Below, piece by piece: positions 44,563 to 55,400 of a stretch of 64,000 nt of DNA. How positions within the stretch are numbered: position 1 is the first letter of the stretch; each line of letters opens with the position of its first letter. The stretch lies in NCBI GenBank assembly GCA_963710755.1, contig CAVQBK010000001.1, positions 96,001 through 160,000 on the forward strand, in the 5' to 3' direction. The notes beneath the pieces were generated by a model. That model did no database searches, was not told the DNA's origin, and saw nothing but the letters and a program-made list of their open reading frames with translations. The translations under genes and the position numbers were made by a program. The DNA comes from an uncultured bacterium (lineage in GTDB: Bacteria; Oederibacteriota; JAAXVQ01; JAUVAV01).

Positions 44563-45792
44563 TTAGCCCGGACGAACTTTTGTGCGACGAAAGGCAGCGC
44601 CGTGTGTTTTGATAAGCAGGGTTAACACATCCTGGATAGGCAATTGCAGATGGCGCGCAGCTTTTTGAACATCCTCCGCTTCTGGTTTGGTTTTCACAAG
44701 CCGGTCTCCCCAGTAGGCCTCTTTTATCCTAATGGATTGCCCCTGGACCGTTACCGTTTTAATAATGCGTTTAAGGATCAGGCGGGGGCATTCTTCCAAC
44801 CGAACGCCCAAGGTGGATGTTTCCTGGAGTATAAGCTTGGCTAATGATTCTGCCTGATCTCTGGTGCACATGACTTCCAATTGCATGCCTAAACGATTTT
44901 TTTTCATTTGAATAGGCACCACCGCTGTGTCCAGTGCCTTATTTTTCATCAATAAATCCTGGACATAGGCGACGACTTCCGGTGTTTGATCGTCGATGTT
45001 GGTTTTAAGCATAATGATGGTGTCCTGCTGGGCATGGGAGGCGGGCCTGTGAAGCCAGAAGGCACGCAATAGATTGGGATGAGATTTAAAAGTTTTGGTA
45101 CCAGCTCCATAGCCTTGGGCTTTTAAAACACCCAGCGGCAGCAGGGAAGCGGGCTTGGCGAAATGTCGGACCAGGGCCGCGCCAGTGGGGGTAGTTAATT
45201 CCGCCTGCGGACCTTTGGCGTAAATGGGATAGTGTTGCAACAGCGCCGACACAGCCGGTGCAGGCACGGGCAAGGTACCATGCGCGCTTTTAATAAGCCC
45301 GGCACCGACATTGATGGGGGACACCAGGATGTCGTCAATGGCCAGTTCATGCAGAGCACTACAAACGCCCACAATATCAAAAATAGTATCCAAGGCACCT
45401 AGTTCATGAAAATGGATCCGGGCCAGTGGTAGATGATGGCATTCGGCTTCTACCTGTCCCAATAGCTTGAAAACAGCCAGCACATTTTTTTTAATCCCAG
45501 CAGGCAGGGAGGCCCTGGCGATGAGGTGCACGATGTCGCGGTAGGATCGGTGGTGAGGGTTTGGCTGAGACCAATGGGGGGCAATATGCAATCCCTGCAA
45601 ACCTTGGCGCACTACCAGCGCTTTTTCCAACTTAAAAGGACCAAGTTTTAAAGCGTTGATATGACGGTTCAAGGTTTTTTCAGCATAGCCGAGATCCAGG
45701 AGCGCGGCTAAGGTCATATCACCGCTAATGCCGCTAAAACAATCAAAATAAAGGGTATTGGTCATCATGCCTCCCCTGAAAATGCCTGTCAT
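44563..45792 (-). CDS. larC: Nickel pincer cofactor biosynthesis protein LarC
   Basis: DCFSGISGDM, HFHELGALD, HGTLPVPAPA, ELTTPTGA, TNIDD, MKKNR, ETSTLGVR. Confidence 0.95.
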   Translation of the reverse strand: MTGIFRGGMMTNTLYFDCFSGISGDMTLAALLDLGYAEKTLNRHINALKLGPFKLEKALVVRQGLQGLHIAPHWSQPNPHHRSYRDIVHLIARASLPAGIKKNVLAVFKLLGQVEAECHHLPLARIHFHELGALDTIFDIVGVCSALHELAIDDILVSPINVGAGLIKSAHGTLPVPAPAVSALLQHYPIYAKGPQAELTTPTGAALVRHFAKPASLLPLGVLKAQGYGAGTKTFKSHPNLLRAFWLHRPASHAQQDTIIMLKTNIDDQTPEVVAYVQDLLMKNKALDTAVVPIQMKKNRLGMQLEVMCTRDQAESLAKLILQETSTLGVRLEECPRLILKRIIKTVTVQGQSIRIKEAYWGDRLVKTKPEAEDVQKAARHLQLPIQDVLTLLIKTHGAAFRRTKVRPG

Positions 45793-45868
45793 GTAAGATG
45801 GCAGGGTCCAACAAATTAAATACTATTATCTAATTGGATTCAATGAAAAAAGAGGAAGGTAAGCCTAT

Positions 45869-46486
45869 TTAAACCCATTTGCGGAAGTGTTCTGCCAAGG
45901 GCTGTAGCTGATCCTGATAAAGGTTGATTTTGTTATTGTCCTTAATGATCGCTCCCTCGTTCTCAGAGACGATCTTCTCCCGGATCGTATCCTGACCAGC
46001 GGAGGGCGAATTGGTCGTTTCTTCTTCAGTTTGTTCCACCCTTGCTTGCGCTTCTTTCTGTGATGCGGCAGCTGCGACCGCTTGATCAGCCGAAGAAGGA
46101 TTGGCCGGGGCCAAAGCAGCCTTTTTGACTTGGTCCATTTTTCGAATAGTGGCTTCGGGCGTGGAGGCGGGGCTGACATCGATATGGACTTCACCTTCCA
46201 CAGCATAACGTTGGCCATCAGGGCCGGTTTGATAGCCAAAGGTAGCGCCGCTGGTGGCCAGACCACCTGCTGCTGCCAAGTGGGCAGCCTCGTGGGCACG
46301 CACTTCCTGATCGCGGGCTTTGAGTTTTTGCACCTGTTTTTGCTCTTCCGCGCTCAACGTCTGGGAAGACTGGTTTTTAGCCGGGGCATTAGGATTATGG
46401 CCTGCAGCGCCATCTGGCGGCGCCAACCCATGGTCAATAGGGGCGAAATAGGATGATGGTATCTGGCTGTCTATGGCATCGAACAT
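45869..46486 (-). CDS. SprA-related family protein (putative metalloprotease)
   Basis: LKARDQEVRAHEAAH, GPDGQRYAVEGEV, AALAPANPSSAD. Confidence 0.88.
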   Translation of the reverse strand: MFDAIDSQIPSSYFAPIDHGLAPPDGAAGHNPNAPAKNQSSQTLSAEEQKQVQKLKARDQEVRAHEAAHLAAAGGLATSGATFGYQTGPDGQRYAVEGEVHIDVSPASTPEATIRKMDQVKKAALAPANPSSADQAVAAAASQKEAQARVEQTEEETTNSPSAGQDTIREKIVSENEGAIIKDNNKINLYQDQLQPLAEHFRKWV

Positions 46487-46523
46487 AGGGTTTTATATCT
46501 CCCGTCAAGTCTTGTCACTTTTG

Positions 46524-46551
46524 AAATCGTTACAAAAGTGATAAAACTTTA
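46524..46551 (-). promoter_or_regulatory. Candidate sigma28-type promoter overlapping a palindrome
   Basis: TAAAGTTT...AACGATTT on the minus strand; inverted repeat tcacttttg/caaaagtga. Confidence 0.3.
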
Positions 46552-46628
46552 ACGATCCAACTGCGAAAAGGTACTTTTAGGGCAAGTGGTCAGACCAGCG
46601 AGGAGAAATAGGATGTTTGAGAAAAAGG

Positions 46629-47384
46629 TTAAGCAGACCGATTGATCAGGCCGGCACTAAATCCGGCTCCAAAACCATTGTCAATGTTGACCACGGACAC
46701 ATTGGGGGCACAAGCATTGAGCATGGTTAAAAGGGCGCTGACGCCTTCAAAGGAAGCACCATAACCAATAGATGTAGGTACACCAATCACAGGACAGGCC
46801 ACTAATCCGCCCAAAACGGAGGCTAACGCTCCTTCCATGCCGGCTACGGCTACAATACAGCGGGCTTGCTGCAACCAAGCCGTATGGGTCAGCAGACGAT
46901 GAATGCCGGCCACCCCTACATCATAGAGCTTTTCCACCTTAGCTTTGAGCAAATGGGCCGTGAGGGCGGCTTCCTCAGCCACAGGAATATCGGCAGTTCC
47001 TGCTGCAGCCACCACCACCAACCCTTCACCAACAGGCAGGGGTTTTGAGCCGATAATTATAGCTTGGGCCTCATGGTGGTAAACAGACGGAAGCGAAGAA
47101 GCTTTTATGAAACGGGCTTTGGCAGGATCCACCCTGGTTATTAGCACATGATCGCTGGTTTTGGCCAAGGCCCGGGCGATGGCGATGATTTGTTTTGCAC
47201 TTTTGTTTTGGCCGAAAATGACTTCTGGTGTACCTTGACGTAAGTGACGGTGATGGTCCGTTTTGGCAAATCCCAGATCTTCAAAGGGCAGATGTTTTAA
47301 GTCCTGCTGGGCTTGGGCTACCGATTTTTTTCCCTGAGCCACCAGCTGCAACAGTTGTTCCAGCTTTTTAGGATGCATGATCAT
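46629..47384 (-). CDS. larB: Nickel pincer cofactor biosynthesis protein LarB
   Basis: DHHR..RQG.PEVIFG..K, AGTADIPVAEEA, DVGVAGIHRL, AGMEGAL, VPTSIGYG, VVNIDNGFGA. Confidence 0.95.
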   Translation of the reverse strand: MIMHPKKLEQLLQLVAQGKKSVAQAQQDLKHLPFEDLGFAKTDHHRHLRQGTPEVIFGQNKSAKQIIAIARALAKTSDHVLITRVDPAKARFIKASSLPSVYHHEAQAIIIGSKPLPVGEGLVVVAAAGTADIPVAEEAALTAHLLKAKVEKLYDVGVAGIHRLLTHTAWLQQARCIVAVAGMEGALASVLGGLVACPVIGVPTSIGYGASFEGVSALLTMLNACAPNVSVVNIDNGFGAGFSAGLINRSA

Positions 47385-48300
47385 CTCCTTTTGCTTGCGG
47401 GTCCTTTAAAAGATCTCCCTTGATGGCTAATAGTTCATTACCACTGCCGGAGCGAAACCCTTCCAAATCAAGGGCCACATAGGGAAACCCCAGGTTTTTA
47501 ATTCTGCTGGTGACGGTGGCTCTGAAAACAGGGTCTTCAAAACGCTTCATTTCTTTAAGCCCTACTTCCAGCCTGATCAGATCTTTATGCCATCGGGCGC
47601 GAACGATGTTGAATCCCTGCTCGATTAAAAAAGTTTCAATTTCTTCCAATTTGGATAACAGTTCCACGGTGATGGGTTGCCCATAGGGCACACGAGTGGC
47701 CAGACAGGCGGTGGACGGTTTGTTAGACCACTCCGCTTGATACACTTCTTTGGCCAGCGTTCGGATGTCATCCTTGCTCAATCCGGCCTGCACCATGGGG
47801 CTGATAATCCCCAGTTGGTTCAGAGCCTTACGCCCGGGCCGGAAATCCTTTGAATCGGCGGTGTTGGACCCCTCCATAACCGTAGCATAACCATGTTGTT
47901 CAGCCAGTTGTTTTATTTTTGAAAAAAGATCCAACTTGCAATAGAAACAACGGTCACGGGTGTTGAGACGAAAACTGGATCTTTTGTACTCGTCAGGGGC
48001 GATCACTTGATAAGGAATAGCTTTATCCTTGAGCCATTGCAAGGCGGAAGCAAGCTCTTTCCGGGGTAAGGTAGGCGCATCGCCCAGTACAGCCAGGCAA
48101 TGACCGTCCAGGCTATCCCAGGCCGTCTGGGTTAAAAAAGTGCTGTCCACACCACCGGAAAAGGCGATGACCGCACCGCCCGATTCCTTTAAAATATTCT
48201 TTAAATAATCAAATTTAGCCTTTAGCAACGTATTATTCAAGATTTCACCTTCCGACACGTCGATGGCGTTATTATCACCTGAATGGGTCTGTATGATCAA
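47368..48300 (-). CDS. larE: ATP-dependent sulfur transferase LarE
   Basis: AFSGGVDS PP-loop, RCFYCK, DFRPG, CLATRVPYG, FRSGS. Start uncertain. Confidence 0.93.
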   Translation of the reverse strand: MIIQTHSGDNNAIDVSEGEILNNTLLKAKFDYLKNILKESGGAVIAFSGGVDSTFLTQTAWDSLDGHCLAVLGDAPTLPRKELASALQWLKDKAIPYQVIAPDEYKRSSFRLNTRDRCFYCKLDLFSKIKQLAEQHGYATVMEGSNTADSKDFRPGRKALNQLGIISPMVQAGLSKDDIRTLAKEVYQAEWSNKPSTACLATRVPYGQPITVELLSKLEEIETFLIEQGFNIVRARWHKDLIRLEVGLKEMKRFEDPVFRATVTSRIKNLGFPYVALDLEGFRSGSGNELLAIKGDLLKDPQAKGDDHAS

Positions 48301-48413
48301 GACAAAGAAATTAAAATCAGGTTACAATACGATGTAAGAGGTCACAAGCCATTTTATGATCAAATGCGTGTCCAATTAAAGTGGAGGAGCCTGTTGGAAG
48401 GAAGGTGGTTTAA

Positions 48414-49148
48414 ATGGGAAACAGTTTAATGAAAGATCGAATTTGTTTAATCACAGGTGCTAATCGTGGTATTGGATTGGCCTTGGCCAAAGTATTGGCT
48501 GGTCTGGGAGCCCAATTAATATTGCAGGGCCGGAATGCGAAAGCTTTGGAAAAGGTAAGAAAAAGCTTGCAATACAAGGAAAAACATATTATTGCCCTAG
48601 CGGATCTGCGTTTTCGAGAAGCCATAGATAAAATGGCCAACAACCTTTTGGAAGGCCTGCCGCGTCTCGATGTCCTCGTCCATAATGCTGGCTTACTAGG
48701 CATCCGCGAAAAGGTAGAAAATTATCCGGAACGACTTTGGGATGAGGTAATGGACGTGAATTTAACCGCACCGCGCTTGTTGACCGTACGGTTGTTACCT
48801 CTATTACGCAAGGGGAACCATCCGTCGGTTATTTTTGTGACCAGCGGCATTGGCCGAAGGGCGCAGGCCCAGTGGGGGGCGTATGCAGTTTCCAAATTCG
48901 GCATTGAAGGCTTAAACCAGGTAATGGCCAAAGAGCTGGAGGAAGACGGGATTATGGTCAATGCCGTGAATCCAGGCGGAACCAGAACGGATATGCGCGC
49001 AGCTGCTTTTCCCGAGGAAGATCCGAAGACCTTGCCTACAGGCCTGGATATTGCACCATTATTTGTTTATCTGGCCAGGCCGGATATTACGATTACCGGT
49101 CAGAGCTTGGAAGCAAAGGATTGGATAGGGAAGGATCCTTTGGACTGA
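48414..49148 (+). CDS. Short-chain dehydrogenase/reductase (YciK-like)
   Basis: TGANRGIG, HNAG, YAVSK, NPGGTRTDMRA. Confidence 0.9.
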   Translation: MGNSLMKDRICLITGANRGIGLALAKVLAGLGAQLILQGRNAKALEKVRKSLQYKEKHIIALADLRFREAIDKMANNLLEGLPRLDVLVHNAGLLGIREKVENYPERLWDEVMDVNLTAPRLLTVRLLPLLRKGNHPSVIFVTSGIGRRAQAQWGAYAVSKFGIEGLNQVMAKELEEDGIMVNAVNPGGTRTDMRAAAFPEEDPKTLPTGLDIAPLFVYLARPDITITGQSLEAKDWIGKDPLD

Positions 49149-49410
49149 ATATAACCAAGTGCCGCTGATATATAAAAGTTGATTTGAAATTTGGAATGGG
49201 AGAAAGTCGAGAAGACGGCAAGTTTATTTTAAGTGTATATTTTTAAATTTTACCAACAACAAACGTTGCGAAATGAAACAGTAACATATTATATCCTTTA
49301 AATTTAAGAAATAAAATTAGTTGTAGGTGGATAATTTATTACGTTCTGATATAGTTAAATCAATCAAAATAGTTAACATAAGACAATCCTTTTCTTGAGG
49401 AGTTTGATTG

Positions 49411-52400
49411 ATGGCGCTTTATCAGCAACCAGTCTTCCAACGGCGCAAGTCCATGATTTTCCAGATCAAGGCCTGCGCACTTATAACCATTGCTAGTTTT
49501 TTACTACCCATTGTTTCATGGGCTTTTGAACCAGCGACTTATGGCATCAATCAACCTGCGCTCATTCATTTCAACCACCTCGCTAAACCGCTTGCCATTC
49601 CGGAAAACTTGGGAAACGTCAGAGAAAGTTTCCAGGGCAGCGACAAAGTTATCGTCAGTATTGAAGACCTTCATTGTAACTATGAAGTACAAAAAAATAT
49701 TGCAGGACTTATTTCCTACTTGGCTAAAACCCAACACTTAAAATTGGTGGGCGAAGAAGGCGCTTTTCACCGGGTGGACACATCGGTCATTACCAGTTTT
49801 CCAGTCGACCGAATCAGGGAAAAAGTAAGTGACTATTTTGTACGTCAGGGAAAAATGACAGGGGCCGAATATGTGGCTGCCGTTAATCATACCCCCATTA
49901 TTCTGGAAGGCATTGAAAGTCCTCAATTATATTTAGCCAGCGAGAAAGTTGTGCATACATTTCTAAATGCCGAAAGCCAGGGGTATATTTATGACTTGCG
50001 GGCGTTGCTGGAGCAACTTAAAAAAACAGTTTATTCCAAAGCTTTGATGGAGTTTGATCGCAAACGTCAAGCCTATCGAACAGGACACTTAACGCTGCTC
50101 CACTATGCAGCTTTTCTGGGGAAAACAGCCTTGCACCATGGTTTGACGCCGGCCGATTATCCTGCCTTGGATCAATATCTGCAAGGCCATGAAGGAGGTT
50201 TTTCATCGGATCAATTAATTCAGGAGATGGATGACCTTGATGCAAAGCTGCGTGGCTTTTTATATCAAGACCCAAAAGAACGGCAAATGGATGAAGCCTG
50301 GCAACGGGTGGACCTGATGGAAAAGCTGCTTAATATTTCCGCCACCCAGAAGGAATTGGCTGCTTTTAGACAAGAACGTTCCGCGTTTACCGTCTCGTCT
50401 ATGGCCGCTGCACTCGCCAGCTTGCAGCAGAGTCAATCAGAACACCGAGTCCTCTCGATGGATCCTGAGCTTTATCAGTTGGATAATTACCTCAAACAGG
50501 CAGAAACCTTTTATCATCTCGCTGATCGGCGTAGCAAAGCCTTTGTGGACAAATTGCTGGCCAAAATGGAGGATCATCATCAGAATCTGGCGGTGATGAT
50601 CAACGGCGGGTTCCACGCACAAGAAGTGCTCAAAGACCTTAAAAAAAGAGGCGTCAGTTACATTGCCATAAGACCACGCCTGACCCACCCCGATGTCCTC
50701 AACCCCTATTTTGAATTACTGCAGGGCCGCCAGACCCCCTTGGAAAAATTGTTGGCCAAGCACCAGAAAATCATGGCCCTGCGCAGCGGGTTTGAAGAAA
50801 TTACATTCAAGGGTTTATTACTTGTTGCATTAAAACCCTTTGGACTGCTACTTCGTAAGAGGAGAATGCCACTTATTTTGTCTGGGAACCTTGAACGCGC
50901 TTTGGAAACTTTTCAAAGGAAAAATGAAACCCTATTTAAACTTGCCAGTGAGTTTACGCCCCAAGAATATATGAAATATCACCTGCCATCAGGAATCATC
51001 GCTTATCATACAGAAATCAATCAAACTAAAAGTATTTTACTAATCGTACCTACTAGAAAAGTGGATCAATCGAAGTTACAACTTCAACGTGTTCTTGAAT
51101 ATGAGATTTATTCCGATTTTACATTTATTCATTTGAATAATTTTAATCGTGACCTAAATGATGACGAGAGTCTAGATGCCCAGATGCGCAAAACGGTGAA
51201 TACTGTGATTGCTAAATCCACCAACACCGGACTTGATTTTTACCAAATAATAAAAAATGCTTTTAAATCAATAAATAATCGCCCCCTTTCATGGCGGCAT
51301 TTCGTTTTTCCGGCGAGTGGGATAGATTTAAAAGGTCTTTATACGCCATTTGCCGGTTTTGACATAAATAAAGTGATGACATCAGCCATGCAGATCTCTG
51401 TGCGATGCTCTCTTTATTTTGGAATACTGGCTATTGCCTGGATGACCGTAGTTGATAAAAATGAGTTTGTAAAATGGATGATGTCTGTAGGTGCCGTGGT
51501 TCTTGGAAGTCTGACTGCTAATTTATTCGGTTCGGGATCGGTGAATTTATCAACTCCTTCCGGCCTTGCCCAGGTGATTGAGGAGACAGGTATTTTAAAT
51601 ATTTGCAATTATTTGGACGACAAAACTTCATGCAGTAAGTTCAGGGAAATGGCCAATAATTATAATGTCCCGTTTCTGGCAGGACCCGATGGTGACACCA
51701 TTCTTCATGGCATGGTTAACTATTTTCACAAACTTCAGACAGAAGGCGATATAAAAAAAATCAGATCTGCTTTGAAAGAGATGAAAAAAATATCCAGCGA
51801 TTTTTTCAAGCAAGAATCGGTAGTGATCGTTACAAATAATTATTACACCAACATGGAAACCATCAATGGATTGTCGCTTATTGGTGATGAACCATTGATG
51901 AATGTACTGAATTCCGAACATCAAAGAAAAGACGTTCTTTTGGATAAGGTTTATCGTAGTTTGAGGGAAGGAAGACATCGCTTCATTTTTTGGAAAAAAG
52001 AAGAAGCCGATCAGCAAAGTGTTGAAAAGCGCAAGGAAGCGCAATCTGTTTTGGATAGTCATATAAGATTGATAGAGGCTAATTTCCAAGCCTTGCCGAT
52101 GATGTCGCAAGAACAAGAAAAAATGACACGTGCCCGGCTGGAATTGATTTTGAGAATAGTAAAAACAATGGTTGAAGAATCGGCCGCTGTATATAACTCC
52201 ATGCGTTCTCCTTCCTTCAACCCCGACAGGCAAATCAACGCCCTGCGTGGCAAATTGGAGGCGTTGACCAGAGCTATCTCGGATTTGCCCGAAAATCAAT
52301 TGGATGGCAAATCGGCTTATAATCTGATCTACGATCCCACGCCATGGCATAATTTCGCGGATGTACATTCTTTGTCGCAATTTATCAACTTTGTCCATCA

Positions 52401-55400
52401 AAACAGTTTCGATATTCTTAAGAGCAGTCTTGACGCTTTGCACTACCATCCGCTGAATTTAAAAGTTCATGGGAAGAAGGTACGGCTGATTGATGTTAAT
52501 CCGGAAATTCAATTTGATGCTGGTGGGATCCATTCGAAAGCTTTGGGGCTGTTTCTTAACGGATTTGATGTGACGGTGGGATTTGCCATTAATCCTATAA
52601 TTATTATTTATAAGGATATGGTAATTGCTGACTTGAACCTTGAACAAGCCAGATTTGTTAATGATGCCACCGACTCGGGTCATTCCATCGATGTTCAATG
52701 TAAACTCGCCCCGCCCGATGAAGGAGGCATGATTAAGGTCCGACATGTGGAACATAACAGATCGCGTGCGTTGATGATACAGACCATTATGAAAGCCCTG
52801 GGTGCACAATCCGATTATAATCCAACACGATTGAACCATGTTTTAACCATTCGGCTTGATAAAGACCATGGAGCGCGAAGTGCCTTCCACATAGAAAAAA
52901 ACCTTACATTGATTGTGAAAGTTTTAATGTCCATATGGGACAATGATTTGTTGCTGGATGATGACCGGAAAGCCGTTGCTGCCGCAGAACGATTTTTGAC
53001 TACCCACCAAATCGGACATTTTGAAACTTGGAAACCTATAATTCTCAACGAGGAACAACGTGAAAAAATCAATAATAGACTTAAACATTTGAGGCTTGAA
53101 GGGACAGTGACCGCAGGGCGCTTGACACAACCAATATTGGAGAAATATGTAAACGGTCCTATTCAGCATGCTTTAGCAAGAGGTGAATTGGAGTGGAATA
53201 AAAATGAAACGAGGTTAAAACGCAATCCGAACTATCGACCTATTGATCGTTTGGTGAAGGATATTAACAAGAGAGCGTCAGCCAAGGAAATGATCCAGAG
53301 TGCCGAAGCGATTTTACCTATATTAGATAATGTTAATTGGGAACCTGTTGGAAGTGTTGGTCAATATATAGCCGAGATCGGCACCTTTTACGATAGTAAG
53401 GGAAAGGCTTATGTGGCAACGATTTTAAGGGACTATCAATACAATGACATTGCATTTGCACGTGTAACGTTGAAAACAACACCGGGAAAGCGAATGTCGT
53501 CGTCAACAGTGCGCCGTTTGATAGGAAGTAAAATTGGACATGAACTAAAACCCATAGAAGCTATTGCTGATGAAGAATTGAATAATTCTCTGGCATTGCT
53601 TACTATCCCGTGGAAAAAAACAGAAGTGCCGGGACTGACGATGTTTCAGGGAAGGACAATGGGGGCAAATAAGACAGGGCAAAATCGATTGATTTTACCT
53701 GTTACCTTTAGGGCTGAAGATAGTGCCGGCAAACTTTACATCGCGCAAAGTTTAAAACCGGAGGATGTGACTTTTATCCCTCACTTGGGTGGAATAATAC
53801 AAGAGGGTACTGCTTTGCTCTCTCATGTTTCAGTACTGGTTCGTGAATTTGGTGTGCCGTCCATAAATTTGCCTAATATGAACATTCTTACCACAGATGA
53901 AGGTAAAAAAATATGCTATCTGGAAAATTTCGAACCTCTTCGCCAAGTGCCAACAAGAGATGGGTATTGGATATCGCGAACGATCAGGAAACATATACAT
54001 GTTTTAACTGAAGGTCAGAGGGTAATGATTGATGCCGGAAGCGGTGCACTTGTTGTATCGGAGAAGACTTCAGGGAATACGGATTTGTTGAAATTGGCCT
54101 ATGGTACCAGGTCGAAAAAATATAGTCGGCCTGTTCGAAGACAAGGTGGAAAAGGTGTTAAGATCAATAACCCGATTGTTCCGAAAACATCAACCATTCG
54201 CCGGCTGGGCAACGAAATGTCCACGTATGTGAGAATTGGTGAACTGGAAAGCAAGGATTATCCTGCCGTCGGGCCAAAAGCTGAGCAATTAGATCAATTA
54301 GCCAAAAATGCAGAGACCATGCCTTATGAGGTGCCGGGAGGGATCGTTGTTACCGCAAAGTTTTATCAAGACTTATTAGAAAAAAACGGAATCGAAGAAA
54401 AGTTGACACGTTTATTGAATGAGCAAACCATGTCGCCGCAGGAGGTGGCAAAACAATTTGACGACGTTTTACAGGACTTATTGGAAAATAAAACCAAATG
54501 GCTAGAAGAACAGGAAAAGAAAATATCAACGTTTCTCAAGGGGATTGATCCTGATGAAAGATGGTGGGCGGTACGGTCGGCCGGTCTGATCGAAGACACC
54601 AAAGACTTTTCGTTTACCGGATTGGGGATAACTGATTTATATGTACATCGTGATCATGTCCTTGAACATGTTATCTTAAATTTACGATCCCTGGCTTCGC
54701 CAAGTGCTGTCGCTTATTTGAGGGAGAATGGTCTTTCGCTTAAAGGTCTTTTTCATTCAGTGATTGTTCAAAAAATGCAACCTGGTGACGTTTCGGGCGT
54801 TGCTTTTACTAGCGACCCCGTAATTCCATCGGATCATGTTGTTATTAATGCAGCATATGGTTTAAATGAGGGGATCGTTAGCGGCATTGTAGCCCAGCCC
54901 GATGAATATACGGTGGATGAAAATAATTATCACGAGGTTGGCAAAAAAATAGGGAATAAGCGGTTGAAAGTTGTACCTGATCCGGATAACCAAAATGTGC
55001 AAATTATGATGGTCCAGGAGGGGGCAAGGGAACGTGCCTTAACGAGAAGACAAGTGGCGCTTTTAGCGAGACTGGCCAAAAAGATCAAGGAACGATATGG
55101 CGATTCGGATTTTGAATGGACCATTGATAAAGGAAAACTGTATTTATTTCAAAGACGACCTATTACGACTAAAGGAAACACCAATATTAAGAATGGGCGA
55201 TCCATGACAGGCGGAAGTTGGCCATGGATGAGAAGTTTGTGGCTGAGAGCGGGTCTTCCAGGTCGGTTGTATGATCAATGGTTTGCATGGTTGTTGGAAA
55301 ATGGGATTTCCCAAATAGTGGGTACTCCGGCATTGGGAATGGCGTTAATAATAATTGATTTAATCACTAATTCCCATTTGGGCGGCCTTTCAGAAGCAAC

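Noticed and set aside
51628-52449. 273-aa minus-strand ORF inside the giant gene
   Set aside because: Antisense shadow with no recognisable domain.
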